From Nanobdellati archaeon (lineage in GTDB: Archaea; Nanobdellota; Nanobdellia; CSSed11-243R1): DNA of 64,000 bases. A program made the position numbers and the translations under genes. Numbering within the stretch: position 1 is the stretch's first letter; each line of letters opens with the position of its first letter. Of the stretch, positions 29,261 to 39,254 are shown piece after piece. Below the pieces are notes generated by a model that searched no databases, was not told the DNA's origin, and saw only the letters and a list, made by a program, of their open reading frames with translations. The stretch covers positions 248 through 64,247 of the forward strand of contig JALTFL010000001.1 in the NCBI GenBank assembly GCA_027007025.1, in the 5' to 3' direction.

Positions 29261-30367
29261 ATGTTAAAGCCAAACTACGACGACAGCATACTACAGATAA
29301 AAGATTTAGTTCTTAATTCAAAAAGGAAAAAGACATTGTTTATATTAATCGATGCTTTCGGGTATAAAATTCTTGAAAAAATAAAGAAAGATAAGTACGT
29401 GCGAAAAGTATTGAGAGAATCAAAGTTAAGAAAAATAAGCAGCGTGTTCCCAACGACAACGACGGCGGCAATAACATCCATATTCAGCGGCGAACCGCCC
29501 GGAAAGCATGGATTGTATGAATGGAAGGTATACTCCAGTAAAATAAAAATGGAATTTAATCCGCTGCCTTTTGAAGCTGTCGATGAAAAGATGCAAAAGA
29601 AATTTGAAAAGATTGCAACTCCATCATTAATCAAGCACAAAGATTTCATAAAAGATTTGCACAAAAAAAGAGTTTCTGTTTATCAAATATACCCTCACGA
29701 ACTTAAAGGGAGTTTATACAATTTTAACAAAGGGGATTTAGTTTTTTATAGAAATATCGTAGAGGCGGTTGTAAAAACAAAAAATGTAATAAAAAATGAA
29801 AAGAAAAAATCTTTCTTTTATTTATACCTCCCACACTACGATGAATCAGAGCATCTAAACGGTCCTTTTTCGGAAGAATCTATTGCATTAATAAAAGAAA
29901 TTTTTAGATTAATCTACAACGAATTGTTTAGCATAAAAGGAATAAAGATAATCATAACAGCAGACCATGGATGTGTGAGTATTAAAAAGGAAATAAAACT
30001 CGAAAGCAAAAAGTGGTTTTGGGAAAATGTTTGGCAGAATTTGAAATCTTGCTGTAGAAGAAAAATATTCCCCGTTGGTGGATCAAGAGATGTGTTCCTT
30101 CATGTGAAAGAAAACAAAATCAATTATGTTTTGACTGTATTAAAAAAACGACTTGAGAAATACGCCGAGATATATAAAACAAAAGACTTAATTGATAATG
30201 GATTTTTCGGGAAAAAAACGAGTAAACAATTTCTAAAAGATGTGGGCAATATTATAATACTACCAAAAGACAACATAGATATTACATTCTATGTCAAACA
30301 CAAATTCAACGGCGACCACGGCGGACTAAGCAAAGATGAGCTTTTTGTGCCGCTGATAATCCACTAA
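29261..30367 (+). CDS. Alkaline phosphatase superfamily (nucleotide pyrophosphatase-like) protein
   Basis: ILIDAFG, SVFPTTT, D..EH..GP, TADHG, GDHGGLS.DEL.VPL. Confidence 0.88.
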   Translation: MLKPNYDDSILQIKDLVLNSKRKKTLFILIDAFGYKILEKIKKDKYVRKVLRESKLRKISSVFPTTTTAAITSIFSGEPPGKHGLYEWKVYSSKIKMEFNPLPFEAVDEKMQKKFEKIATPSLIKHKDFIKDLHKKRVSVYQIYPHELKGSLYNFNKGDLVFYRNIVEAVVKTKNVIKNEKKKSFFYLYLPHYDESEHLNGPFSEESIALIKEIFRLIYNELFSIKGIKIIITADHGCVSIKKEIKLESKKWFWENVWQNLKSCCRRKIFPVGGSRDVFLHVKENKINYVLTVLKKRLEKYAEIYKTKDLIDNGFFGKKTSKQFLKDVGNIIILPKDNIDITFYVKHKFNGDHGGLSKDELFVPLIIH

Positions 30368-30379
30368 AAGAAAAACTAT

Positions 30380-30412
30380 TTCTTCCGTGCACGCTTCTTT
30401 CTAAGAAGGGTG
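30380..30412 (-). repeat. Hairpin-repeat copy in tRNA-Ile 3' trailer
   Basis: Minus strand CACCCTTCTTAGAAAGAAGCGTGCACGGAAGAA; 32/33 identical to the copy inside the same tRNA's D-loop intron. Confidence 0.9.
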
Positions 30413-30414
30413 TA

Positions 30415-30574
30415 TGGCCCGGCGGAGATTTGAACTCCGGACCTCTGGTTTTCTGAGACCTGAGGTAACCCACAGGCGTCATATAAGACCAGCGCTCCAA
30501 CCAGGCTTCACCCAAACACCACTTCTTCCGTGCACGCTTCTTTTTAAGAAGGGTGCTTGTTAAGCTACCGGGCC
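30415..30574 (-). tRNA. tRNA-Ile(TAT) with two introns (D-loop ~14/15 at 30507-30560; canonical 37/38 at 30451-30481)
   Basis: Acceptor GGCCCGG/CCGGGCC+A; D stem GCTT/GAGC; anticodon stem CTGGT/ACCAG with loop CT-TAT-A|A; T arm CGGAG TTCAAAT CTCCG; BHB-like junctions. Confidence 0.88.
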
Positions 30575-30624
30575 ATAAGGTAGGAAATGGAAATATTTAT
30601 TTAAAAAGTTATCTTTTGGTACAC

Positions 30625-31758
30625 ATGGCAAAATACTTATTTACTTCGGAATCTGTGACGGAAGGACACCCTGACAAATTGTGCGACCAAATTTCTGACG
30701 AAATACTCGATAAGCTGATAAAACAGGACAAAAACTCTAAAGTTGCCGTCGAAACTCTCGCGACGCGTGGACTCATACTCGTTGCCGGAGAAGTCAGCAC
30801 CAAGGGATATGTCGATGTTCAAGGAACTGCAAGAAAAGTTGTCCATGAAGTTGGGTATGACAATCCCGAATATGGATTTGATTTTGACTCAATCGCGGTC
30901 CTGACTGCACTGCATGAACAGTCGCCGGACATAGCAAGGGGCGTCATTAAGAAGGAGATGGGCGCCGGAGACCAGGGTTTAATGTTCGGTTATGCCACCA
31001 ACGAAACAAAGGAATTAATGCCTCTGCCAATAATAATGGCGCACAAAATTGCGATGCGCCTCGCGGAAGTCAGGAAGAAAAAAATACTTGACTGGGTGCG
31101 CCCAGACGGGAAGTCGCAGGTTACAGTCGAATACAAAAACGGAAAGCCTGTCAGGATAGACACAATTGTTGTTTCAACTCAGCATTCTCCAAAAGTCAAG
31201 AACAAAAAGATAAGAAAAGAAATAATTGACAAAGTAATTTCTCCTGTCGCGAAAGATTGGATTGATAAGAAAACAAAATTCTACATAAACCCCACTGGAA
31301 GATTTGTCATAGGCGGACCAGCAGCGGACACGGGACTCACTGGAAGAAAAATAATAGTTGATACATATGGTGGATTTGGCGCCCATGGTGGAGGATGCTT
31401 CTCCGGAAAGGACCCGTCAAAAGTTGACAGGAGCGGAAGTTACATGGCGAGGTATATAGCGAAAAATCTTGTCGCGGCAAAGCTTGCCGAAAAAGTCGAG
31501 GTGCAGATTGCCTATGCTATCGGCGTTTCAAAGCCTGTTTCAGTAATGGTAAATTCATTCAACACGGGAATAATCTCAGACGAAAAATTGATTGGAATCG
31601 TGAAAAAAGTTTTTGATATGCGCCCGGGAGCAATAATCAAACAACTGAAATTACAGAACCCTATTTACAGAAAAACCGCGGCGTATGGACACTTCGGCAG
31701 AAAAGGATTCCCGTGGGAGAAAACAGATAAAATAAACGAAGTAAGACATTACTTATGA
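30625..31758 (+). CDS. metK: S-adenosylmethionine synthetase, bacterial/eukaryotic type
   Basis: [45 protein letters not shown]; start ATG 30625 because the longer ORF overlaps the tRNA. Confidence 0.96.
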   Translation: MAKYLFTSESVTEGHPDKLCDQISDEILDKLIKQDKNSKVAVETLATRGLILVAGEVSTKGYVDVQGTARKVVHEVGYDNPEYGFDFDSIAVLTALHEQSPDIARGVIKKEMGAGDQGLMFGYATNETKELMPLPIIMAHKIAMRLAEVRKKKILDWVRPDGKSQVTVEYKNGKPVRIDTIVVSTQHSPKVKNKKIRKEIIDKVISPVAKDWIDKKTKFYINPTGRFVIGGPAADTGLTGRKIIVDTYGGFGAHGGGCFSGKDPSKVDRSGSYMARYIAKNLVAAKLAEKVEVQIAYAIGVSKPVSVMVNSFNTGIISDEKLIGIVKKVFDMRPGAIIKQLKLQNPIYRKTAAYGHFGRKGFPWEKTDKINEVRHYL

Positions 31759-32120
31759 TTTTTTTCCTCTTTTTTTATCTCATACCATCTTCGGGCGGCT
31801 TCTTCCGCTGTTGAAACTTTCTCATCACCGAACACCCATGGCTTGCGCCGCTTTATCTTTTCAATAACCCTCTTCAAAACGTTATGGTAGTTGGTTATCC
31901 CTTGCTTTTCGGCAACCGCAAGAATCAGAAGCGCGTCATAAATTAAGTCTCCTATCTCTTCTTCAAAGTTGTCCATGTCATTGTTCTCAATTGCTTCCTT
32001 GACTTCGCGCGCCTCATTAAGCGGCTCACCTTTTAGGGAGTATATCGTTTGCTCTTTTAACCACGGGCACTTTCTTAAAGTTTCGTTGATTACATCAATC
32101 AATTCGTCTATTTCTTTCAC
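31749..32120 (-). CDS. MazG-like nucleotide pyrophosphohydrolase (single domain)
   Basis: [36 protein letters not shown]. Confidence 0.9.
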   Translation of the reverse strand: MKEIDELIDVINETLRKCPWLKEQTIYSLKGEPLNEAREVKEAIENNDMDNFEEEIGDLIYDALLILAVAEKQGITNYHNVLKRVIEKIKRRKPWVFGDEKVSTAEEAARRWYEIKKEEKNHK

Positions 32121-32254
32121 ATTATCCCCTGCTTAACAGTAAAGTACCTTCCGCAGAAAAAGCATTGTACCCTTTTGTTCATTAAGTTCTTCTTGTTTCT
32201 AGGCAAAAATTTTCTTTTGTTATCACAATATGGGCATTTAAGAGTGATTTCCAT
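32117..32254 (-). CDS. Small Zn-finger protein (45 aa), absent from ORF track
   Basis: [45 protein letters not shown]; two CxxC; stop overlaps mazG start (ATGTGA); begins 2 nt after upstream stop. Confidence 0.75.
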   Translation of the reverse strand: MEITLKCPYCDNKRKFLPRNKKNLMNKRVQCFFCGRYFTVKQGIM

Positions 32255-32256
32255 GA

Positions 32257-32790
32257 TTAGGACGTTCCTATTTTGATTCCGCCTGTTCCAGGAATTGCTA
32301 CAGGCTTCCCGCCAAAGCAGCTGCTCAATCCAGATATTCCGTTAACGTAACTTCCCCATATCAAATACAAAATAATCAAAGGTATAACAATGTTAGCTAT
32401 AAAGATTATTGTTCCTATGACAGGGATTATTTCTAAAATTGAAAGGATATGAAGCACAAAAAGTATTAGAGTTAATACTAATATCAACCACAACGAACTA
32501 CTTATTGGTGCTATTGCGCTCCCTATTGATGGACCAATCCACGGAAGAGAGGGTCCAAAATAAACACCTAATGCTCCAAAAAATTCACCAAGTATTATGG
32601 CAACAACTGCAAGGACCAATCCAAGAGCGGGACAAAAGGTGGAAACTGTTGCGGCGCCGATTGCGGCGCCGATACCAATTATGATTTTAACAATCATCCC
32701 AAATGTTCCCTTTAGCATTGGATGAAGCAAAACTTTTAGAGCTATCACTGGGAACAATGTCGCCGCCGCGATTAGCCATGCTTCAACCAT
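32257..32790 (-). CDS. Multi-pass membrane protein, unknown function
   Basis: Almost entirely hydrophobic, ~5 TM segments. Confidence 0.7.
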   Translation of the reverse strand: MVEAWLIAAATLFPVIALKVLLHPMLKGTFGMIVKIIIGIGAAIGAATVSTFCPALGLVLAVVAIILGEFFGALGVYFGPSLPWIGPSIGSAIAPISSSLWLILVLTLILFVLHILSILEIIPVIGTIIFIANIVIPLIILYLIWGSYVNGISGLSSCFGGKPVAIPGTGGIKIGTS

Positions 32791-32842
32791 ATAATAGCAA
32801 TATTTGAAAAACTATTTAAACAATTCTAAATTTTTATCTTTT

Positions 32843-35167
32843 ATGCTTAATGAAAAAAGGTGGAAAAAAGAGTTTGAAGAAGAATTAAACAAGTTTTGGA
32901 AAGAAAAGGGAATTTATGACTTCAAACTTTCGGATGACAAAGAAGTGTTTTCAATAGACACACCTCCACCTTATCCTTCTGGGAAACCTTGGCACATAAG
33001 CGCCGTTGCGCATTACTCGCAGATAGATATGATTGCGCGGACAGAAAGAATGATGGGAAAAAATGTGCTGTTTCCTATTGGAATTGACAGAAACGGACTC
33101 CCTGTCGAGCTTTACACTGAGAAAAAATACAAAATCCAAATGCATAAGATACCGCGTGAGGAATTTGTTGGGTACTGCAGAAAATCCCTCGACGATTTGG
33201 AAGAATATATTGTTGACATAATGCACAAAATTGGATTTAGTGCTGATTTCAAGAATCATCGTTACAGAACTGACTCTGAGGAGTATAGGAAATTGACGCA
33301 GGCAACATTTATCGAAATGTGGAAGAAAGGATTAATATATGAAGACACACGTCCGAACAACTACTGCGTCAAAACAAAAACAACAATTGCTGATGCAGAG
33401 ATAGAGTATAAAGATATAGAGACAAATCTTGTGTATATAAAATTCAAAACAGATAGCGGAAAAGATATTGTTGTAGCTACTACACGTCCAGAGCTTCTTG
33501 GCGCCTGCGCAGCCATACTTTACAATCCAAAAGACGAAAGATACAAAGGATTGAATGGAAAGGCGATTGTTCCGATTTATGGACAAAAAGTTCCAATAAT
33601 TGCACACCCGTACGCCAAACCAGAATTCGGAACAGGAATGGTTATGATTTGTTCCTATGGGGATTATGCCGATGTGAGAATCTTCAGGGAACTCAAGCTT
33701 CCGGAAAAAATCCTGATTGATGAAAACGGTAGGATGAACGAAAACTCTGGAAAGTATAAGGGGATGAAAGTCAAAGAAGCGCGGGAAAAAATAACTGAAG
33801 ACTTAAAGGAAATGGGTGTCGTTGAAAAAGTCGAAAAGATAATGCACAGAACGCCTTTCTCGGAAAGGGGGAAATACCCAATTGAAATAATCCCAATGAA
33901 AGAATATTACTTGAAACAGATTCCTTTCCTCGATGACGTGAAAAAATGCGGGGAGAAAATAAAATTCCATCCCGATTATTACAGGCAGATGCTATTTGAC
34001 TGGATAAACTCAGTCACCATGGACTGGCCAATCACAAGAAGAAGATTCTACGGCACCGAAGTCCCAATTTGGTACTGCAAGAAATGTGGTGCGCCTCACC
34101 TTCCGGAGCCTGGAAAATATTACCAGCCATGGAAGGAAAAAGCACCGTTTGAAAAGTGTGAGAAATGTGGCAGTACGGAATTTGTAGGGGATAAAAGAAC
34201 ATTTGACACTTGGATGGATTCCAGCATATCAGCTCTTTTTATATCAGGATATAAAAGAGATGAACAATTGTTCAAAAAAGCATTCCCTGTATCGGTGCGC
34301 CCGCAGGCAAAAGATATCATAAGGACTTGGCTTTATTATTCAATATTGAGAACTTATCAGCTTACTAAAAAGTGTGTCTTCAAACACGCGTGGATAAGCG
34401 GGTATGGCGTTGACGAGCACGGAAAGAAAATGAGCAAGTCAATAGGGAATGTTGTTGACCCTATACCCTATCTTGAGAAATATGGCGGAGATAGTATAAG
34501 GTTCTGGATTGCAGCCGAGACAAACGTCGGAAGCGATTTCAGGTTCTCAGAGTCAAGGCTAGAAACCGCCAAGAAGTTCCTGACAAAACTCTGGAATGTC
34601 TCAAGATTCATATCATCATTCGAGCTTAAAGAGGGCGAAGCCGAGCTTATGCCCACGGACAAATGGATTCTTGCGGAGCTCAACAAAACAATCGAGAAAA
34701 GCAAAGAGGGGTATGAAGATTTCAACTTTTTCGTTCCGGCGACGGAAATAAAGCACTTTGCATGGAGTATATTTGCGGACCATTATGTCGAGATGGTAAA
34801 AGCAAGAGCATACAATAAGGAAGGGTTGTTCACTGAAGCGCAGCAGAGGGGTGCGATAAAGACGCTTTATACTGTACTTGAAAATGTTTTGAAACTTTTG
34901 GCGCCGATAACGCCTTTCATCACGGAAAAAATCTGGCTTGAAATTTTCTCAAAGAACTCAATACACACAACCAAGTTTCCGGAAAAAGTTGAAACCGACG
35001 ACAGCCTGACAGAATTGACAGAAAAAATAATCGAGTTCAACTCAAACATTTGGAAAACAAAAAAAGAAAAAGGCATGTCCCTCAACGCGGACATCGGCGG
35101 AATAGAAATTCCAAAAGAGCTTACATTGTTCGCCGAAGACTTGGTAAGAATGCACAAGATTATTTAA
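32843..35167 (+). CDS. valS: Valine--tRNA ligase
   Basis: DTPPPYPSG..WHISA (HIGH variant), ATTRPELL, GTGMVMICSYGD, DTWMDSS, KMSKS. Confidence 0.95.
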   Translation: MLNEKRWKKEFEEELNKFWKEKGIYDFKLSDDKEVFSIDTPPPYPSGKPWHISAVAHYSQIDMIARTERMMGKNVLFPIGIDRNGLPVELYTEKKYKIQMHKIPREEFVGYCRKSLDDLEEYIVDIMHKIGFSADFKNHRYRTDSEEYRKLTQATFIEMWKKGLIYEDTRPNNYCVKTKTTIADAEIEYKDIETNLVYIKFKTDSGKDIVVATTRPELLGACAAILYNPKDERYKGLNGKAIVPIYGQKVPIIAHPYAKPEFGTGMVMICSYGDYADVRIFRELKLPEKILIDENGRMNENSGKYKGMKVKEAREKITEDLKEMGVVEKVEKIMHRTPFSERGKYPIEIIPMKEYYLKQIPFLDDVKKCGEKIKFHPDYYRQMLFDWINSVTMDWPITRRRFYGTEVPIWYCKKCGAPHLPEPGKYYQPWKEKAPFEKCEKCGSTEFVGDKRTFDTWMDSSISALFISGYKRDEQLFKKAFPVSVRPQAKDIIRTWLYYSILRTYQLTKKCVFKHAWISGYGVDEHGKKMSKSIGNVVDPIPYLEKYGGDSIRFWIAAETNVGSDFRFSESRLETAKKFLTKLWNVSRFISSFELKEGEAELMPTDKWILAELNKTIEKSKEGYEDFNFFVPATEIKHFAWSIFADHYVEMVKARAYNKEGLFTEAQQRGAIKTLYTVLENVLKLLAPITPFITEKIWLEIFSKNSIHTTKFPEKVETDDSLTELTEKIIEFNSNIWKTKKEKGMSLNADIGGIEIPKELTLFAEDLVRMHKII

Positions 35168-35523
35168 TACTCGTGCGCTCTTGTGTATCCCGGCTGCCAT
35201 CGTGGATTCGGCTGCCCTGGAAGCCATATATATTCTTTATACCCTGGAACCGCGCCAGTTGCCGCATATTCAAAAAGTATAGGATCATCTATCACATCCA
35301 TAAGTTCCCGAATGCGATTTACCATGTCACCAAGAGTCAGCCCTCCCTTTTCCTCTCTTAGTTGCCTGTATTTTTTATTTATTTCTAAAACTTGGGGGTA
35401 TTCCTCTTCAATCCTCTTGTTGAGCCTTGCTTCAATTTCGCTTTTAGATTTTCCATTCAAGGATGCCCTAATCCTTGCCAGACGTTCCAGTGTTTCCTCG
35501 CGAGTAATTGGTGTGCTTTCCAT
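35164..35523 (-). CDS. Hypothetical protein
   Basis: GAGGTGA SD before ATG 35523; fills gap between valS and prf1. Confidence 0.65.
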   Translation of the reverse strand: MESTPITREETLERLARIRASLNGKSKSEIEARLNKRIEEEYPQVLEINKKYRQLREEKGGLTLGDMVNRIRELMDVIDDPILFEYAATGAVPGYKEYIWLPGQPNPRWQPGYTRAHEY

Positions 35524-35629
35524 AATTATCACCTCAAAAAATTTACTTATTGTAATTTAAAGGCATCAGATGTATTTAACTTTTTGGTATCAAAGAATTT
35601 AAAAAGACACTTGAAATTGTTTTAATGAA

Positions 35630-36718
35630 ATGGATGAAGAAATGTATCATTTGAAAAAACTTGTAGAAAGGCTGGGAAAAATTAGAGGCAGGCATACAGA
35701 GTTAGTCAGTTTTTATGTCCCGGCTGGATACAATCTTGACGTCGCAAAAACACAGCTCGCAAATGAGGCAGACACCGCATCAAACATAAAGTCAAAACCA
35801 GTTAGGTTGAATGTTATATCTGCGATTGAAAAGATAATAAGTGAACTCAGAAATTTTAAGAAGACACCTGACAACGGCGTCGTTGTGTTTGCCGGAAACA
35901 TTTCCGACACCGAAGGAAAGCCTGACTTGCAGGTTTGGACAATCATACCACCAGCCCCAATAAATGTAAAATTGTACCGATGTGATTCTTATTTTGTCGT
36001 AGAGCCGTTGAAAGAAATGCTTGAAGCAAAGCATGTCTATGGATTGATAGTAATTGACCACAAGGACGCGAATGTCGCACTTCTAAAGGGGAAAAGTGTA
36101 ATTGAACTCAACAATATGCACTCCTTTGTTCCTGGCAAAATGAAGGCAGGGGGACAGTCAGCCCCGCGTTTCCAGAGGGAAAGACAGGAAGAAATAAAAC
36201 AATTCTTCAAAAAGGCGGCGGATGTCGCGGCAAATGGTTTCAGGGGAATAAAAAATCTAAATGGTATATTACTAGGTGGACCCGGTCCGGCGAAAGAAGA
36301 TTTTTACAAAGGGGACTTTCTTCCTGATGACTTGAAGAAAAAAGTCATAACTGTTAAAGACACGAGCGATACAGGAGAACAAGGCTTGCGCCAGCTTATA
36401 CTTAAAAGCGAAGATGTGCTCTCGCAGGAAGAAATAATCGCCGAAAAAAAGATACTTGATGAATTCTTCAGGCACCTAGCAAAGGATGATGGCTTCGCAT
36501 CCTATGGTGAATATGAAGTAAAAACAAATCTTGAGAAAGGTGCGGTTGAGAAACTTTTGCTTTCGGAAGCGCTTGAGGAAAGCAAGATAGATGAATTCTC
36601 AAACATTGCGAAGCAGTTCGGCACAGAAGTTATTCTTATATCCGAAGAAACCCAGGAAGGGGTTCAATTGCGTGAATTAGGTGGATTTGGAGCGATATTA
36701 AGATATAAATCAAACTAA
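35630..36718 (+). CDS. prf1: Peptide chain release factor aRF1
   Basis: TASNIKS, YRCD, GGQSA.RF, GG.GAILRY. Confidence 0.96.
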   Translation: MDEEMYHLKKLVERLGKIRGRHTELVSFYVPAGYNLDVAKTQLANEADTASNIKSKPVRLNVISAIEKIISELRNFKKTPDNGVVVFAGNISDTEGKPDLQVWTIIPPAPINVKLYRCDSYFVVEPLKEMLEAKHVYGLIVIDHKDANVALLKGKSVIELNNMHSFVPGKMKAGGQSAPRFQRERQEEIKQFFKKAADVAANGFRGIKNLNGILLGGPGPAKEDFYKGDFLPDDLKKKVITVKDTSDTGEQGLRQLILKSEDVLSQEEIIAEKKILDEFFRHLAKDDGFASYGEYEVKTNLEKGAVEKLLLSEALEESKIDEFSNIAKQFGTEVILISEETQEGVQLRELGGFGAILRYKSN

Positions 36719-36778
36719 AAAGAGTTAAAAAGGATACACCCCTTAATTATTCTATATCTTTTATGAGGTGATGATAAT

Positions 36779-36982
36779 ATGAGTATTTTGGCATTAGCAG
36801 CGATGGAGAAGCTTATTAGAAAAGCGGGGGCAAAAAGAGTAAGCGAAAGCGCGAAAAAAGCGCTTAGAGATGTGTTAGAAAAATATGGGGAAAAATTATC
36901 CACCAAAGCAGTTATGCTTGCGAAACATGGAGGAAGAACAACAGTTAAAGACGAAGATATAGAATTAGCATTAAAGACTTAA
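36779..36982 (+). CDS. Archaeal histone (HMf-like)
   Basis: LIRKAGAKRVSESA...AKHGGRTTVKDEDIELA; GAGGTGA SD. Confidence 0.93.
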   Translation: MSILALAAMEKLIRKAGAKRVSESAKKALRDVLEKYGEKLSTKAVMLAKHGGRTTVKDEDIELALKT

Positions 36983-37021
36983 TGAAAACATTAATAAATG
37001 AATTAAATTTGGTGTTGTAGT

Positions 37022-37408
37022 ATGGAAAAAAGGTTCGCATCTCTTAATGAGTTGAAAATTGGTAGTTTTGTTTTGATTGATAATATTCCTTGTAAGGTTG
37101 TTTCTACAATTCATTCAAAGCCTGGAAAACATGGCGCTCCAAAGATAAGGCTGGAAGCCGTCGGAATAGTAGATGGTAGAAGGCGATCAATCGTTTCGTC
37201 AGCGGATTCCCGTGTAGAAGTTCCAATCATTGAAAAGAAAAATGCACAGGTTATTTCAATCTCAGGCGACAAAGCGAACGTGATGGACTTGGAAACTTTC
37301 GAAACATTTGACATTGATATACCTGACGAATTTAAGGATAAGATTCAGGAGGGTATGAATATTCTTTACTGGGACGTTGGCGTAAAACTGATGAAAGGAG
37401 TTAAGTAA
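37022..37408 (+). CDS. eif5a: Translation factor aIF5A
   Basis: SKPGKHG hypusine loop, VEVPIIEKK, MDLETFETF. Confidence 0.95.
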   Translation: MEKRFASLNELKIGSFVLIDNIPCKVVSTIHSKPGKHGAPKIRLEAVGIVDGRRRSIVSSADSRVEVPIIEKKNAQVISISGDKANVMDLETFETFDIDIPDEFKDKIQEGMNILYWDVGVKLMKGVK

Positions 37409-37744
37409 TCACTTCAAATTCTTTAGTTTTTTTGTAAGTATCTTTGTGTAAGCTACATTTAATATGGAATATCCATATAAAAGTGTTCCAGCTGAGATTG
37501 AAGCTATCTTCGACAAATCATCTTGCTGAAACAAAGCTATGACACCTATTAATGTCCCTAATCCAGCAGCCAAAAGGGAATTATAACTCTCACCAATTTC
37601 AAGAACATTTGAGGCATACCCTTTTTTAATCGCATCTTGTGTAAAAAATGAAGTTCCATCCAGACATTCCTCAAGAGAGCGCCCTTCGTTTACACTTTTA
37701 ATGACTTTTTTTATTTCCCAAGCCATCCTTCTATAACCATACAT
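37409..37744 (-). CDS. Hypothetical membrane protein (2 TM)
   Basis: Two hydrophobic segments; abuts neighbouring genes. Confidence 0.6.
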   Translation of the reverse strand: MYGYRRMAWEIKKVIKSVNEGRSLEECLDGTSFFTQDAIKKGYASNVLEIGESYNSLLAAGLGTLIGVIALFQQDDLSKIASISAGTLLYGYSILNVAYTKILTKKLKNLK

Positions 37745-37746
37745 TT

Positions 37747-38103
37747 TTAACCACTCAAATATTCTGCGGCTTTGTTGACATCATCAAACTCAATAATAAT
37801 ATTTCCCAGAGCATAGTCTTCCTCAACAAAATGTATTTTTCCCACTATAAGAGTCTGCTTGTTGAGTTCAAGTTTTGAAGAATTTCCACTCTTATTTTTT
37901 TCAAGAAGATAAAGGACAGTTGTCTTTATTCTGCCATCCTCAACTTTATGTTTTAGATTTTCCAAAAGATTGATGTCAGTGAATTCTGAATAAATTTCCC
38001 CTTTTTTCTTTTTGAATTTTACAGGAAATATTTTTTCCAGAGATGAGATTATTTTATCTCCATCCTCTGTTGGATAAAGTGGCGTGGATATTTTTATCTT
38101 CAT
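37747..38103 (-). CDS. UPF0201/DUF54 RNA-binding protein
   Basis: LYPTEDGDKI...EKIFP, LNKQ...GKIHF, LGNI. Confidence 0.8.
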   Translation of the reverse strand: MKIKISTPLYPTEDGDKIISSLEKIFPVKFKKKKGEIYSEFTDINLLENLKHKVEDGRIKTTVLYLLEKNKSGNSSKLELNKQTLIVGKIHFVEEDYALGNIIIEFDDVNKAAEYLSG

Positions 38104-39122
38104 TTTTCTATCTCTTTAAGTAATTTATTTGCTTCAACTGTTGGATTTGGAAATTCAACTCTCCTTGCTATCATCTCCAAATCACCGGAATAATCATTTC
38201 TGGAAACTTTTCCCTCAATCACAATTTCCCTACCAAGTATATCAAACTTCCTCACTTCAATTGGATAAAACGAATTATTGTGCTCCTTTGAAAGCTCGAA
38301 TGCCTCATCTGCCGGAATGCCAAGAAGTTTTTCTGCCTGGCTACCAAAAAACACAACTTTCATATTATCTGTTCCGTCGTCGACAACAGTTGAGATAAAC
38401 ATTGACTTTTTAGGTTCCACTTTACCATGCTCACTACATATCCCATCATGAACTCTTCTCCTGCACTTTGGGCAGACATCAAAGAAAGGATTGTTTTCCA
38501 AAATGTTCACGACCGCACCCCTTATCTCGTAAACTCCACCATCAGTTATGTTACTTATCTTTGTCCTTTCAGTATGCTGCCAAATTTGTTCCATTGGTGG
38601 AATCTCTTTCGCCTCTGGGATATCAGGATTAACTTCTATCAAACTTGCCGAACGCGCATGAAGCTCAAGTCCATTTAGTCCTTCTTTGACATACGCATTT
38701 GTTATTTTGATTATATCTCCCTCGTTGAGCTTTCCTTCTTCTATTAATTTTATCTGCTTGTTATCCCAAAAAACGATTCTCATCCTTCCGGTGGCATCAC
38801 CAACTAAAAATGAAACTACTTTTCCTTCATTTCCTTTTTTTGTGGTGAACTCTTTTACTGGATAAATCCTGAGAACTCTTGCGACAACTGAGGCGGTTTT
38901 TATTCCGGAAAGGATATTTTTGATTTTCAAAAAGCCAGCAGGCGTCTGCTTGAACAATTGAATACCAAATTCATTGGCGATTATATGTGCAGCTCCATCC
39001 TTGGAAACAAGCCCAGAAAGCTCGGTGACTTTATCATTTATCTTTTTCTCAATTACACTTTCATCCAAGCCGGTTTTTTCTTTAATCTTCTTTATAATAT
39101 CATTTAATGGAATTTTTATCAT
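38100..39122 (-). CDS. rpa: Replication protein A (OB-fold ssDNA-binding protein with Zn finger)
   Basis: Two OB folds (GDATGRMRIVFW; VDDGTDNMKVVFFG), CPKC...C..H. Confidence 0.88.
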   Translation of the reverse strand: MIKIPLNDIIKKIKEKTGLDESVIEKKINDKVTELSGLVSKDGAAHIIANEFGIQLFKQTPAGFLKIKNILSGIKTASVVARVLRIYPVKEFTTKKGNEGKVVSFLVGDATGRMRIVFWDNKQIKLIEEGKLNEGDIIKITNAYVKEGLNGLELHARSASLIEVNPDIPEAKEIPPMEQIWQHTERTKISNITDGGVYEIRGAVVNILENNPFFDVCPKCRRRVHDGICSEHGKVEPKKSMFISTVVDDGTDNMKVVFFGSQAEKLLGIPADEAFELSKEHNNSFYPIEVRKFDILGREIVIEGKVSRNDYSGDLEMIARRVEFPNPTVEANKLLKEIEK

Positions 39123-39254
39123 TACACAACACCCTAATGATATTTCTATTTTTTATTATAAAAAGGTTTGTTTTGTGAATGATTTTTATGTGTTTAGGGG
39201 TTATTTATTTTCAATATAGAAAAAAATTAAAAGACCAAAACACAAGAAATTTGT

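Noticed and set aside
30306-30515. 69-aa ORF and the N-terminal extension of metK from 30553
   Set aside because: They overlap tRNA-Ile; shadow frames
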